Below are positions 13,011 to 26,135 of a stretch of DNA of 64,000 bases, piece by piece. The notes under the pieces are model-generated. The model made no database searches. It was not told the DNA's origin and worked only from the letters and a program-made list of their open reading frames with translations. The stretch's first letter is position 1; each line of letters begins with the position of its first letter. Made by a program: the position numbers and the translations under genes. Source of the DNA: Vicugna vicugna (Eukaryota); assembly GCA_013265495.1 (NCBI GenBank), contig MU057865.1, positions 992,001-1,056,000 on the forward strand, written 5' to 3'.

Positions 13011-13994
13011 TGTGTTTTCAACCTGAGTGTGTGGGAGAACCAGTTTTTTAAATGGATAATAACTGTTCTTGGGAACAGTGACTAGGCTCATTTGATTGAA
13101 GGGTACAGACAATATATAGAGTTTAAAGAGATAAACCTTCCAGATGGGCCATATCCCATATCCCATATAGACTACCACAATATAAATAAGCTCTTGGCTC
13201 AAAATAATGTGCTGCCCACACTGTGAGGTCTTTCAACAGCTGAATCCCTTGAGCTCAAGTGATGGGCAGCTGCTATTTTAGCATTTGGGGGCGAGTAAAT
13301 TAGACTAATTCCAACATTCACCATTTATATTGGGACCATATTTCTATTTACTTAGGATAATGACTCAGGGTCCTTGAGGGAATGGAACACAGAAGTGACC
13401 CCTTTAAGGAAACCACTCATGTCCGATAGGCTGAGATGAAGTACCACTGGGGTGGGGGTACCTGGAGTGGGAGAGAGGGCTGGGGGGAGCATGTAGGGAA
13501 GAACCTCAAGTGCACTACGTACTTGGTGGAGGGGGTGGCAATAAGAAGACAAAAGTCATTGAAAAACAAAGGAGGCACGACATAACAGATACACCCTGTC
13601 ATAGTATATCTATGTCTTGTTCCACTTTCTTGTAGACATCAAAGTCTGTGTCAGAAGATGTCTACTCCATAGGAGGACTAAATTAGGAACAGTACCCTTA
13701 CCTCATAGCTCTACTCTTACCTAGGAGATGGAGAAATTACTTCATTCTTCCCAATCTAGGTTTAAGAGCAGTGTTAGATTACATAAACTGCTTTTGGGGC
13801 ACAGTGCTATATAACAAAAGATTAGCAACCAATAAGATAATGGCACATGATCATCAGAATTAAAACGTGTATGTATGTATGTATCTATGTATTTTTGAGA
13901 GGGAGAATTGTTAGAAGTACTAGAGTTTGACAGAAGAAACATTTCAAGCTCATTTATCCCAATTCTCCATTTAGTTTTATACTGAGGAAAAAAT

Positions 13995-14110
13995 TTTGTA
14001 TTTATAAATAAGGAAATGGAGGCTCAGACAAACTTAGTGATGTGTATAGAGTAACATCAAATTAGTAACAGTGTTTTCAAATAAATACTCTGTTATGCTA
14101 TACTACCTCT
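13995..14110 (-). mobile_element. MIR SINE fragment
   Basis: ATAAATAAGGAAATGGAGGCTCAGACAAACTTAGTGA resembles the MIR core (CAGATGAGGAAACTGAGGCTCAGAGAG). Confidence 0.6.
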
Positions 14111-15399
14111 TAAAAGAAAAAGAAACACAAAGACATAATTTTGTTTTTTCTAAAGATAGATAACATGAGGGTTTATGTTAAAACTATAAACCTTTCTGTT
14201 GATTCTGCATCAGCCTTATACATGACGGGCTCTCTCCAGTGAAGTAGGAAATTCATGATGGAAATTAATTCCCTTGGAATCTAAGAAGCCAGAAATTCCT
14301 TGGAAGGTAAAACAAGAGATACTGTTGACTTTGCTGAATATATTCCAATGCTTAATGTGCTGAAATAAGTCCAAACCTTTGACTGAGGAGGGAATGCTAT
14401 GGATTTTAATTTCACTGGAAAGAAAAAAATTAATTTTTTAACAGACATCTCCAGAGGTGAAAATTATTTTTTTTATGTAAACTCAGTGACGCTGTTTGGA
14501 ATCAGTTATTGAAAAATGGCCTCAGTCATTTCCAAGGTCAAGTGAAAGAAAAATGTGGTTCCCCAAATAGTAATAATTTCTATTCTGTTAACAAACAGGA
14601 AGACTTGGAGCACCCATATGTTATGATTTGGGGAAGCCAGAAATCTTCACTGTTCCCAAATCTCTTTCCCACCATTGTCATCACCGATGTTTGAAATTAA
14701 ATCTTTGAACATTTCCCCTTTGGATCTCAACATTTAGTCTCCCTAAGTTCCTTTTTGATATGCAAATATCCTCTACAAGTTAATACTTTAACCCATTATC
14801 AGCTAAAAATCCTCTGGAAATACTGAAGTGTTAGCTGGGAGCACATAGATACCTAAAGGTAAAAATAAGGAAGGAAGGAAGGGACCCAAAGGAAGGAAGA
14901 GACATGTTGAAAATTGGGAGCTCTGGCTATGAAAAACAAACCTTCAGGGCGACATTATTTTACCTAGGGCTTATTCTGACCTCAGAAAGGACAGTATGGG
15001 TTGATAGGTGCCTCAGAGAGTTAGAATTTTTTCATAACTATCCTGAGTGGTATTAAACACCACAAGTGTTTTAAATTAACTTCTTCCCGTATGAAAAATA
15101 TTTGAGAATTGCTTATAAGATATGTGACTTGACATTTTGAAGGATTATTCAGAATCTTCTTGTATTTTGGATAACAATTTTCAAAGCACTTACCATCTTG
15201 TGTCAGTCAAATGAAAACACTTTGTTCATCACTATGGGGGTATTAAGTATTGAATATGTAAAAATCATAGGTAAGTGGTGATACAGTGAAGAAAGTCTTA
15301 ATATTTGGAATTGAATGACCTCATTCTCTGTCTCTAATGACTCCTAGGGCAAGTAGTGAGAATTTTAAAGGAGATACCATATCTTAATCTTTAGCAAGC

Positions 15400-15402
15400 T
15401 AG

Positions 15403-15436
<34 letters not shown>

Positions 15437-15448
15437 GTCTGTCTGTCT
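15400..15448. repeat. Compound (TGTC)n(TATC)n(TGTC)n tetranucleotide microsatellite
   Basis: Read directly. Confidence 0.95.
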
Positions 15449-15539
15449 TTCAACTCATTATGGCTTTTGAAGACTCAAGAGAGGTGGATGGTGGAGGCAT
15501 GTCAAACTAAGCAGAATGATTACTGAGGCCTCTTACACC

Positions 15540-17045
15540 CTGCTCTGTGCTCCACTGCATCCATAGGCCTGGCTTTTGCACCTGTCACTCAACTGATACT
15601 GGCTTCACAAAGATCACTGGTGACATGTTAATCACCAAAGGCCTGTGGCTTGATTTTACTCCTCATTCTCCTTGGTCTCTGGCATTTATACTCCCAACCA
15701 TCTTTTAGTTCTGTAAGCTCTCTTCTTGGCTTTAGAGGTAGGGAAGTATATTGATACATTTATATTTCTTTCCTTTATCTCTTTCTCTTCCCTTTTGAGT
15801 CTTCTATAGGTGGCTTTGTCCACAACGTTTGGGTTCCAGGTCTTCCACTCTTATGAGAAATCATAAAGTCTTTATCCTAAATTTTAAGTTAGGGAAGTAT
15901 TATTTTATACATGCAGCTGAAATCAGGGAGGAGAAATAACTTTTTGGAAGTGAAAGAAGAGTAATTCTCAATTGGCTATCTGCCATTCAACCTCAAGATT
16001 TCAACCACTGCCTTTACAATGACAAGAAACCCCCAAACCATTTCTTCTTTCCAGGTTTCTTTTCCAACTACATCCATGGATACCTCAAACAAATTCAAAA
16101 TTTTGGTCAATATAATCATACCATTTTCATAATTCTCCAATAGGCTCAAGCCATTGGGATGTTCCTTTCTTTCCTTGTTTCCCACATTCCTTCACTGAGT
16201 TTTTTCAATAATTGATTTGCAGTCGTATCTTTCCCACTGCCAGAATACCAGTTCCAGCCCTTGTATCTCTGTCTAGATAAATTTTGTGAAAGATATTTAT
16301 TGAACGCGAAAATCTATGTCACAGTTCTAAGTGTTGTTACCTTCCATATAGACACAGATCTTATGCTCCAAGGAGCTGGTACTAAACCCTGGTGGACACT
16401 TCACGCCTTTTTCTGCCTACCTTCTCTTTAACACGCTTTTGCCTTCTACTTCCTTATTTATTTGATCAACACATCGCTTAACTCTTATTCTTTTCATGCT
16501 TTAAATATCTTCAATATTTACCTATTTTAGAGAGGTAAACAATTCTTTAGGTTTCAAAGCCTTCTACAGTTTTATTCCGATGTATCTTTTAATATGATCA
16601 CCTCTTTTATTCTCGTAAAATCTGCAGTCATCAGACGCTTTTATTCCTTGTCCCTCAGATGTCACGTGTGCCTTGTTCCCCACAGCTTTTGTTTACTGTC
16701 TCATCGTCATGGTGGTGAGTCTAAAAGTCTGGCCTCTTCCATTTCTGCTCTGTACAACCTTAGTCGTCTTCCCGATAAGCTGTCATTGCTCATCCTCCAC
16801 ACCTCATCCAACACTGAGCCTTCTGTTTTATTTATATTTTTCTGAGCAAGTCACCATTTAAAAATCTACACATTATTTTTCTTGTTTATGGTGTATCTGT
16901 CCACAAAAACAAGATAAATAGGATGTGAGCTCTATGAAAGCAAGGATTTTTGTCCATTTTGCTCATGGCTCATCACTAGTGCCTGAAAATTTTTATTGTA
17001 CACTAGTCACTCAATAAAATCTTTTGGAAATAATGAATGGATTAA
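15540..17045 (+). mobile_element. L2 LINE, fragmented (RT remnant to 3' end)
   Basis: CAACTGATACTGGCTTCACAAAGATCACTGGTGAC resembles the RT STETAL.KVTND motif. The end ATGTGAGCTCTATGAAAGCAAGGATTTTTGTC...CTAGTGCCTG...CTCAATAAA...AATGAATGG is an L2 3' terminus. Confidence 0.7.
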
Positions 17046-17619
17046 TTCATTCACTCTTTCTGATGTTTGATTTCCTAACTTGGAAAATAAGTTTATATAT
17101 ATTATAATATTTTTATATGTGTATATATGATATGGGCACGATCTTCACTTTAGAATGAATCACCTCTCATTAAATTAAATGGACTCTTGGTAGAAACCCC
17201 AAATTTAGTTTCTTGTCTATAGAATTGAAGAGAGGAAAGATTAAAAATAAAACTAGTTTTAAATTAGAGCGTTTCCTTAGATTAGAGGTTCTCAATTCAT
17301 TTTTGTTTTTTTTTCAGTAGTGATCACCTGAAGAGTGATTGTTTTTTTCGATTTTCTTTTCCTATTTGCCTCCCTCATTCATAAAAATTTTAATGAAACA
17401 GTTATGTCTGTGTATTGTGGCCCTTTGAGGGCAATAACTACTGCAACATTTCATCTCCCTCTCCCCTTCAAAACAATTTTCTCTCCTTGAGGGCAATTTA
17501 TCCCTTGTTGACAGTGTATGCCTCAGATAGTACATTAAATATATATATATATATTTTTTTTTTAAATAAAGCAAAGACAAATCAACTCCTCTGGCTAAAA
17601 ATGCCCCTATGCTATAGCT

Positions 17620-17800
17620 TATCGGTTCTCTTACTTGAGCATAACACCTGGAGGATTTGTTCAAACACAATTTGCTAAGCTCAACTTCCAGAGTTGTTGA
17701 TTCTAGGTCTGTTCTAGGTCTGAAGCTGAGAACCTAGATTTCTCACAGGTTCCCACGTGATGCTGATTCTGCTCAGGACATCACATTCTGAGAACCAATG
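17620..17800. mobile_element. MER5A-like hAT-Charlie MITE
   Basis: GGTTCTC...GAGAACC terminal inverted repeats. The internal ATTTCTCACAGGTTCCCACGTGATGCTGATTCTGCT matches MER5A. Confidence 0.8.
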
Positions 17801-18006
17801 CTGTACTTCATGGTTGTCAGGGAAAAAAAAAAAAAGACACTAAATTTATGTTTAAAATGTTCTGCTGCTATAATAACAAACATGTCTTCCAGCTTTAAGT
17901 AGATTACTAATAGTCATGGCTAAATCTCTCCCTTCAAGACATTCAGGCAGTGTGCTGGTGGTTACACAGTGGCCACAGCAAATCCGAAGCCAGAACAGAG
18001 TTTGTT

Positions 18007-18078
18007 GCCTAACAGTCCATTGACTTCGTACATCAAAGACCTACGCCTAACAGTCCATTGACTTCGTACATCAAAGAC
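18007..18078. repeat. Perfect 34-bp direct duplication with 4-bp spacer (CTAC)
   Basis: GCCTAACAGTCCATTGACTTCGTACATCAAAGAC at 18007-18040 and 18045-18078. Confidence 0.97.
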
Positions 18079-21000
18079 TCTTGTGGTGGAATTTCAGGCC
18101 TATGGGTCTTTCTGAAGACCTAGTTTTATTTTAAGAGTAGTAACCTCTTTTGCACATGTGATAGCTACTCTGTTTCCCTTTATTTCCCTAAATTAATGAA
18201 TTGTTGTCTCTCAAATAAGGATTTGTGTAAAGAAATGCAAAATTTCATGATCTTCCTCTAAGGGCTTTGGATCCTAGGAATGCCAACAGATGATTACAGA
18301 TCGCAAATGGTCTGATCTGCCTTGATGGAGCCACAGAGGGACTCTGAGAAGGATACATGAGTTCTAAGATAAGAGATTCCCATCAGTCAGTCGGAGAGTG
18401 AGTGCATGATATAAATATGGTTCTTCTTTTCAGGATAGTATCCAAAAGAGAGGTGGATACAGAGGTGATATTGGAAATATTTTCAAAGTCCAAACACATC
18501 TCTCCAAAGAATACAAAAAAGTCAGTTCTTATTTGATACTTAACTGTACAACTCAGTCTATCGCAAACTGTGCTTTTGTGTTCAGAAAAGCTCAGCTACA
18601 AATTAGCACTGGCTTGCCTTTATTAGGCTCAAACCAGGATGCACGGTCTTTCATTTGCATGGACACCTTTAAGAAGCAAGACAAAGGGAAATTTTAAAAA
18701 TAGGGCGTCAAAGACTAAATGACAAAGCAAACAGAAAGGCCATTTGATCCGGTCACTTCTCCATCTTAAGATCATACTATTGATCCATTGCCCATAGATT
18801 AGCTCCGACGCACTCCCAGTCCTTGTTTGGGATAATCTTGTTTTCACCTGCACATCACTCCACCTGCTTCTTGGGTAACAATACGTAGGGAATGAGGGAG
18901 GATGTGGCAAAGCCCTGGATAAAGAGAGACTCCGCCCTTTGTTTCTCGTACTTCACTGTCTTCTCAGCTTTCCCCCTCTGCTTTTGGTTTCTATGTTTGC
19001 CAAAGAGAAGAATTAACAGAGTGGAAGTTTTAGATCTGAGGCAGGTTTCATTGGCATCAATGCTTTTTCTCACCCTATCCTCAGCTAAGTGGCAGGTCAC
19101 TGGGAGACTGTCTATATGCTAAGTTGCTCTTTTGCTGAAGGCTTTTCTGAGAAGGGAGTTATTATTTGCCAGCTGCTGGAAAGCAGACATTAGCTATGTC
19201 CTTTCTTTAGAAACTCTTTAAGGCCGTTTATTCCCACATTGGGATTGAAGAACAATTTAAAATGACCAGAAAAGTAAGTCATGCTCTGACTGTATACAGC
19301 AAATTTTCTTCATTGCACACTCCTATCTTCAGCCTATTTCCAGCCTCTCTCTTCCTTGTGTCTGTAGAATGGGCATCACTTCACAGTGTGCTTAGGAAGT
19401 GGATGAATCACTATTCTTAATACCTTTTATGAACCTCTAACATGCTATTATAATTGGTCAGTTCTACTTGATATATAGCTAGGCATTCTCATCGGTTACC
19501 TCCTTAGTAGTTCATGAACCACATTTTTTGCAAGTCTGAAGTGAGTAGTTAGCTGAGCAAATAAACACAACTATGTCTATACTGAAAATGCAATTTGAAC
19601 ACCTACAGAAACCTGGAACTGTGAGATTTCTCACACCCGACTCCTCCAAGGCAGAATTTCACGTCTTTCAGTAATCCAAGGCAAGGTTTCAGTTCTTGTC
19701 ACTGTATAACAGTCAGTAGCTCCAGATTCCTCTTTTCCCCACATCTTGTAAGCTCATCCCCTTCCTCTCCCACTAGACTAGCTCACTTAAGATTTAAACT
19801 CTCTCCTTTCCCACCTATTTGAAAACAGCACATTTTTAATTTTACTCAAAGTTCAAGTTTTTAAAACGTATTTGATGGAAAGGAATGTTTTCTTTACCTC
19901 TTACTTCTATCTGACCTATGTATATGTATTTTTCTGCAATATGCACTTACTATTTGAATGGATAAATATCATATATACACACACGTAGATGAATACATTC
20001 ATATGAGTTAATATATAGATACATATGGGAGATGCACAGTCTCAGGTATACGTATGTGTGTGTCTCTAGAATATATTGCGGTTCTGTATGTTTGTGCATT
20101 TATTCTTTTGAAATAATTAAAATATGGTGCTGGACCCATTTCATTTCTTGGTGCAGTAGTTCAGACAAAAGTGTGATCAGGTAAATAGCAAGGTCAAGTT
20201 CACAGTTTCAGCTTGAGATTTGTAGATATGCTTCAGTTTGTGAACTCACCGTCAGTCAAGAACATCTGTTAATTTGTTTTGCAGGATCAGAAATTAAGAA
20301 TCAATATCTGGAGGTGATAATAAATTAAATTCACATGGGACCATTTTGCAACTCAAATGAAGCCCTGAGGTTTAGGCTGATCCTCCACTCTCTTCATCCT
20401 CATCTCCTCTCAGGCCCTCTTCCGCTTCCTTCTAACGGCTGCCAAAGCCTCCTAGCTCATCTCCACTATCTTGAAATCTCAGTTTTTCTCACGAGGAATA
20501 ACTACCCCGGATAACTTTCTTGTGCTTAAAATTTACCATGTTACAACTCAGTGTAAAAAGCTGTGCTTGCTTCTTAATACGTGAGGATAACATGAAGACA
20601 TCTTCGTTATCTATTGCATGATGACTATTTCCAAGTCCACATTTTCCAAACTAACCTACCTCAGTCTGTTATATGTACTCCCTCCTCAGACTGCTCTTAA
20701 AACTTTCTTTTTTACAGAAACTGCTAGACTTTTGTATCTCCCTGATTGGGAGTTTAAGAATAACATTCTACCATGTTTTCTTCTTTTCTCGTTTAGAGGA
20801 CTTAATTATTTTCCTGAGTTCTTTATTGTATACATTTTTTATACAAGCTGTATGTACATTTATCATCCAGGCCATATATATTGAACTCTAGCCTAGAGTT
20901 AGAGCAGTAGAGAAGACAAATTCCACACCCTGAAGGGGCTTACATTCTGGTGAGAAGAGAACATTAAAGGTAAACAAAAGTATGAAAGATAAATTTAAAT

Positions 21001-21117
21001 AGTAACCAGCAGAGAATAGACTCTGGAGAGGAGCAAGAACCAGGAACCAGCAGCAAGGGGTGATTCAGTCATTTAGATGGCAGGTGGTGGTAGTTTGGAT
21101 TAGAGTCACAGTGATGG

Positions 21118-21772
21118 TGATACAGGGAAAAAAGGGGATGAGAGGATGGCTGTGCCGCAGGTCTCGGTTGAGTCCCTGGAATGCACCCTGGAAAGTTAGG
21201 GTCCTTGGCTTCACACAGGAAAGAATTCAACAGCAAGCCATTGTAGAGTAAAAGTAGATTTATTTACAGAGATGTACACTCCATAGACAGAGTGCAGGTC
21301 ATCTCAGAAGGCAAGAGAAAGGCCAAGAGGTGTAGCATTGGGTGATTAGTTTAAAATAAAAGTCGATACACACTCCAGAGACAGAGTGTGGGACATCTCA
21401 GGAAGGCAAGAGAGAGAGAGAGAGAGAGAGAGTGGCCTTGAGGCTCAGTGTTGATAGTTTTTAACATGCTAACAAATGAGAGAATTATTCCAACTACTTT
21501 GGAGAAGGGGTGGGGATTCCTAGAAATTGGGTCACTGCCCCCTCTTTGACCTTTCATGGTTAGCTTCAGAATTGTCATGACACTTGTGGGTGTGTCATTC
21601 ACCATGCCAGGGCATTACAATGCTTATAATAAAGCTCAAGGTCCACTGGAGGTGGAATCTCCTGCCATCTTGGGCCTCTAGGTCTATTGGGAGTTGACTT
21701 TTCCATCATCTCGATGCTCATTGCTGTATTATTCCTTTCATGTCTGCTCCTACCCCCTTCCTTCTTGTCTCG
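21118..21772 (-). mobile_element. Solo ERV1-like LTR with 4-bp TSD and internal (AG)n
   Basis: Termini TGATAC...GTCTCG (CA changed to CG). TSD ATGG at 21114-21117 and 21773-21776. Homologous to 10371-10889. Confidence 0.85.
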
Positions 21773-22537
21773 ATGGTAAGACGTGAACATAGTCTAGATA
21801 CATCGTACAAATAGGATTGATAAGCCTTGCTGAGGGAGGGGTGAGAGAAGACATCCAAGGAGTTCTGGCACAGGGGGACGGCAGTGCTACATACGGAGTT
21901 AATAAAAACTGACAGACAGAAAAAGGAGTTTGGGGGAGTAAAATTCAAGAGTTCTGAATTAGACACACTGGTTTTGAGACGTTCATGTAGTTCCAAAAAG
22001 AGCTGCCATGTACTCATTGAACATGTGAGTTTAAAACTCAAACAACTGAGCTGGAAGTATATTTGTGATGATTCAACTTTATAGAAGAAGTATTTAAGTT
22101 TATTTTATTTATTAAGAATAATTTTATCTAATTTAGTTGACCTCACCCAGGGATAGACTGTGGGTAGAGAAGAAAGCCAAAACCTCAGCCTAGGACATTC
22201 TGAAATTGAGATGTTGAACAAAAGAGGATGCAGTAATGGAGATTAATATGAAACAGAGAAAAAGCATGGTGATGTAAGAGAGAAAAACAAAGAGAAAAAA
22301 ATATGAAAAATGTTTTCCAGAAAGAGGGAGCAGTCAGCTGTGTCAAATGTGGACACAAGGTCATTTTGATAAGAACAGAAGATTACCACTCCTATATGTC
22401 AATTTTCACCCATGTTCCTAGAAATGGGTCTATTAGAAAATATACACATTATTTTAAATTTCCTAATTAAAAAAATCCCTACCAATTGGAAACCAGTCAT
22501 CTACAAAGGAGTTGCTGAGGTTGTTTCATGAGAAACA

Positions 22538-22856
22538 TTATTTTTTTAATTGAAATTTAGTCAGTTTACAATGCTGTGTCCATTTCTGATCTACAGCATA
22601 AGTTTCAGTCTTACATATACATAACATATATTCCTTTTCATACTCTTTTTCATTATAGGTTACTACAAGATATTGAATATAGTTCCCTGTGCTGTACAGA
22701 AGAAATTGTTGTTTATCTGTTTTATATATAGTGGTTAATATCTGCAAATCTCTAACTAACTCCCAGCTTATCCCTTCTCACCTACTCTCCCCACTGGTAA
22801 GTTTGTTTTCTATGTCTGTGAGTGTGTTTTTGTTTTGCAAATAAGGTCATTTGTGA
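22538..22856 (-). mobile_element. Camelid/artiodactyl-type L1 3' end (5'-truncated)
   Basis: Poly(T), then AATTGAAATTTAGTCAGTTTACAATG...TACTACAAGATATTGAATATAGTTCCCTGTGCTGTACAG. Homologous to the + strand copies at 35.6 kb and 58.2 kb. Confidence 0.9.
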
Positions 22857-25800
22857 TATGGCTAAGAGCTATTTCTAGAGTAGTGGGGATTTACGTCAAT
22901 TAATAGTGATTTGAGAGAGGATAGGAGTGAGAAAATGGAGACTGTGAACAGAAAAAAACACTATTTCACTCTTAGAGGAAGAAAAGAAATGAAGTAAAGG
23001 ATAGGAAAAGAATGAGATCCTAGGAAGATTCTATAAAATGTTGTATTAAGGCATGCTTTTATAATTAAGGAAAATATCATGTTTTAAGGGAAAACCTGAT
23101 GATAGAGAGACCAGTGAGAGGAGAATTATAGTCAGTGCTTGACCTTGAGTACTAGGAAGGCGATGAGGATCCTTGGCCCATCTGGAAGGGTTAGCTTTAG
23201 ATAGAAGCATCAACATTGGCTTTACTACAATGAAGGAGAAGGCAAAGTAATTTGCACAGAGATGAATGTAAAGTGATGGATCATTTGATGCACAGACAGG
23301 TCATTTTTCTTTTCATCTATTTTCTTAATAAAAAATGAGATGATATCATGGGTTGTAAGTGATGGAGTAAAGACAGGGATTTGGATATGTGAGAGAAAAG
23401 TAGAGTAGATAAAAGAGTAGTTTTCTACAATAAGAAATTTACTAGGAAGATACAGTAAGACTATGTTGACATGTTGATAAATTTAGACTGAATTCAGTCA
23501 ACAGATTTGCGTGGTTATAGACATATCATCATATTCAGCTTTTCAGATTTACATGTAGAGTAAGCAATTAGATTTTTAAAGGATTGGACTTTTCAAGGAG
23601 TGTTTATAAGGCAGAGGGCAAGAGTGAAAGATACTTACAAGTGTATGTTTATATTACTGGACCACTGCATAGGTTATGCATGGAGATGAGGATGTGATTG
23701 GGATGACAGGGAGTAGAAAAGTTGCAAAGTGAGCTGACTGCACATGAAGGACTACAGTAAGTGATCTGGGATGAGAGGGGATAGAAAGCAAGACAATAGG
23801 ATTCAGTATTTCAGAGGTATTGGCGATGGTTACGTCAAGATTGTAACCATTAAAATGAACGGCTCATATGACCTGGATGGGAAGCTCATTGGAACAGAGG
23901 AGGTCAAGGAACCGAGAAGCTTGGATTTTGCATAAATAAATGGACTGGAGGTATTTCTGAGGTTAAAGGTAAACTATATGAGTCGGCAGTTTGAGATCAA
24001 GGCTTTGGAGGGACACACATTGATTCTGGCATACTTACTTCACTCTCCTTGTCTTTTGTCTAAATTACTAAGTTCTCAATGATATGAACACCTCTTCAAA
24101 GTTGTCTTAAAGCCAAGGACAATACTTAGTTAATATAAAACAAACAAAGAGCAAAGAAAAAACCTCAATAATTAATAATAACCAAGAATGAATCAACAAA
24201 TGAATAAATGGATAGTAATCCTTTGCATTTTTGAGATAAAAGGAGAAGGGACATGCATTTTAATAAAAGTATTTTGTGGATAGAATAACCGACACCCAGA
24301 AGATAAATTACCGAGGATTACATGGCTTCTTAGTGCGTGAAATGAAACTAGATCTAGATACAAAGACCAATATATTTTCTAGGAGAAGACTCTTAAAAAC
24401 ATGGTCAGTGCTTAAATTTCAACATCATCAAAAGTAGATAAAGAGGCAGGAGTAGAGTTCAAACTAAAGTTTTAATACCATTGATGGAATAGCGTTCATG
24501 TGCAAACTAAGAACCAAGCACAACTTTGTCCAAACCTTTTGGAAACTCACAATCCCACTGTATTTCTGCCTGCCCTTTTGTTTATTTACAAAGCAAAATT
24601 TGCATTAAAAATCGCACACAATTCTGTGAGTGCTCTAAGAAGCAGGCTAGGGGAATCTAAGAAATTGAATCAGTGTTATTTTCACAATGGGATATGAAAA
24701 TCCCTGGCCAGATGTGTTTACTGGTGAAGGGAGAAAGAAATTGGGCATATCAATAACACATGAGAACAATTTGAGGACCACAGTAAAATAGCTTATGGTG
24801 ACAAGACCTAGGGGATTCTACCAGTGGAAGGACCACACCAGCAGAGAGAGAGAGAGATGGACAAATGTCTCATAAATCCTTATTTTTCCCCGTTCCATGA
24901 TGTTGATTGCCTTTGTAATTGCATCGGTCAATACCCGAGCATCCATCTACATCCTAGCAAGCAGCTGACTGCAGATTTACAATTCCATTTCCAATTGTTA
25001 CAGCAAGATCTTTCTTAAACCTTGGCCTTAGCTCTTTCTTCAGTTGGAAAGATGTCTAAATTAACTTTCCTTCTTCCCCTGTGCTCCTCCGCTTGAGCGT
25101 TCTCATGTTCTCTGCCCTCTAGATTTTAAAGGGCTAGTCAGTTATTCTCAATAAATATTGCTTAGTTTTTTTTTTGATGTTATGAGTTTAATTGTTTGGT
25201 AATGATTCAAGTAGCTTCTCTTATCAGAAAAAAAATAAAATAAAAAGATAAATAAAATGCCAAGATTAAGAGGCAGAGTAAGTAAAATGGCTGGCTCACT
25301 TTTCTCATTTCCTTTTTTTCCCCTAAGGGATGATGTCTACCTGCTTCTGGTGAGTATGTGAGTGCAGTGTGTGTACATTTGTGAATGGATGTATCTGCAT
25401 GTGGTGAAGAAGAGGAAGGCGTATTCATTTCATAGTTAGCTGTGGCACTAGACTCAAACTGGCAAAACACAGCAACCTAGGAAAAATTGTAAAGTCAAGA
25501 TATATTATTTCTGAAAAAAGTTAACAATGTGTTTAACAGAAAAAAAAAGTGTAGCTGTTGAAATCAGGCATTTTGGGGGTAAATTCTGGATCCACCATCT
25601 TTTACTCCCTTGTTTCCTTCCCTGTGAAAAGAAATGTTACCTACCCTCCAGGTGTGCCTGGCATAGTGTATGCTAAATAAATATTGGTTCCTTTCTTCCA
25701 TTCCCTGGACTCTGAGACAAGCTATCATGAATTCAAGGATTCTAATAAATCAATTGCTATTGATGTATCTATGAATCATGGCACTGAAAAAACATAAAAT

Positions 25801-26019
25801 GCATGATATTAAACTTTTCCTTGAAATACTTAAAATTTAACTGAGAAAGTGGGATGTTCATAGAAATGATAATTATGATTATTACAAATAATAAGTGTTC
25901 CAAAAACTTAATTAGCATTTCAGACACTGCGTCTGAAATGGTAAGATTACTATTTATACCAGTTCATAAAAGACTGATGAAAATAGGGGTTAAAATTATA
26001 CTTACAAATTCTTAGGTAA

Positions 26020-26135
26020 AGCTGGAGGGTCACAGCGATTTAGTTTAACCTTCCCATTTTAAAGTGAGGAGACAGAGATTCAGACATGTGACGGGACTTG
26101 TACAAATCATGCCATTATTAAGTAAGTATCAGAGC
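26020..26135 (-). mobile_element. MIR SINE fragment
   Basis: CCCATTTTAAAGTGAGGAGACAGAGATTCAGACATGTGACGGGACTTG resembles the MIR core. Confidence 0.6.

Larger units (their letters stand above)
20890..23960 (-). mobile_element. Long antisense L2 remnant hosting an LTR and an L1 fragment
   Basis: Purine-rich L2 antisense motifs (GGGGCTTACATTCTGGTG; CAAGAGTTCTGAATTAGACAC; GTCAGCTGTGTCAAATG) continue across both insertions. Confidence 0.7.

Noticed and set aside
18007..18078. 34-bp direct repeat as a CRISPR array
   Set aside because: Only two copies with a 4-bp spacer, in mammalian DNA with no cas genes.
10371..21772. Full-length provirus bounded by two related LTRs
   Set aside because: The second LTR has its own TSD, the LTRs are diverged and the interior is L2/MIR/MER/unique DNA with no gag/pol/env.
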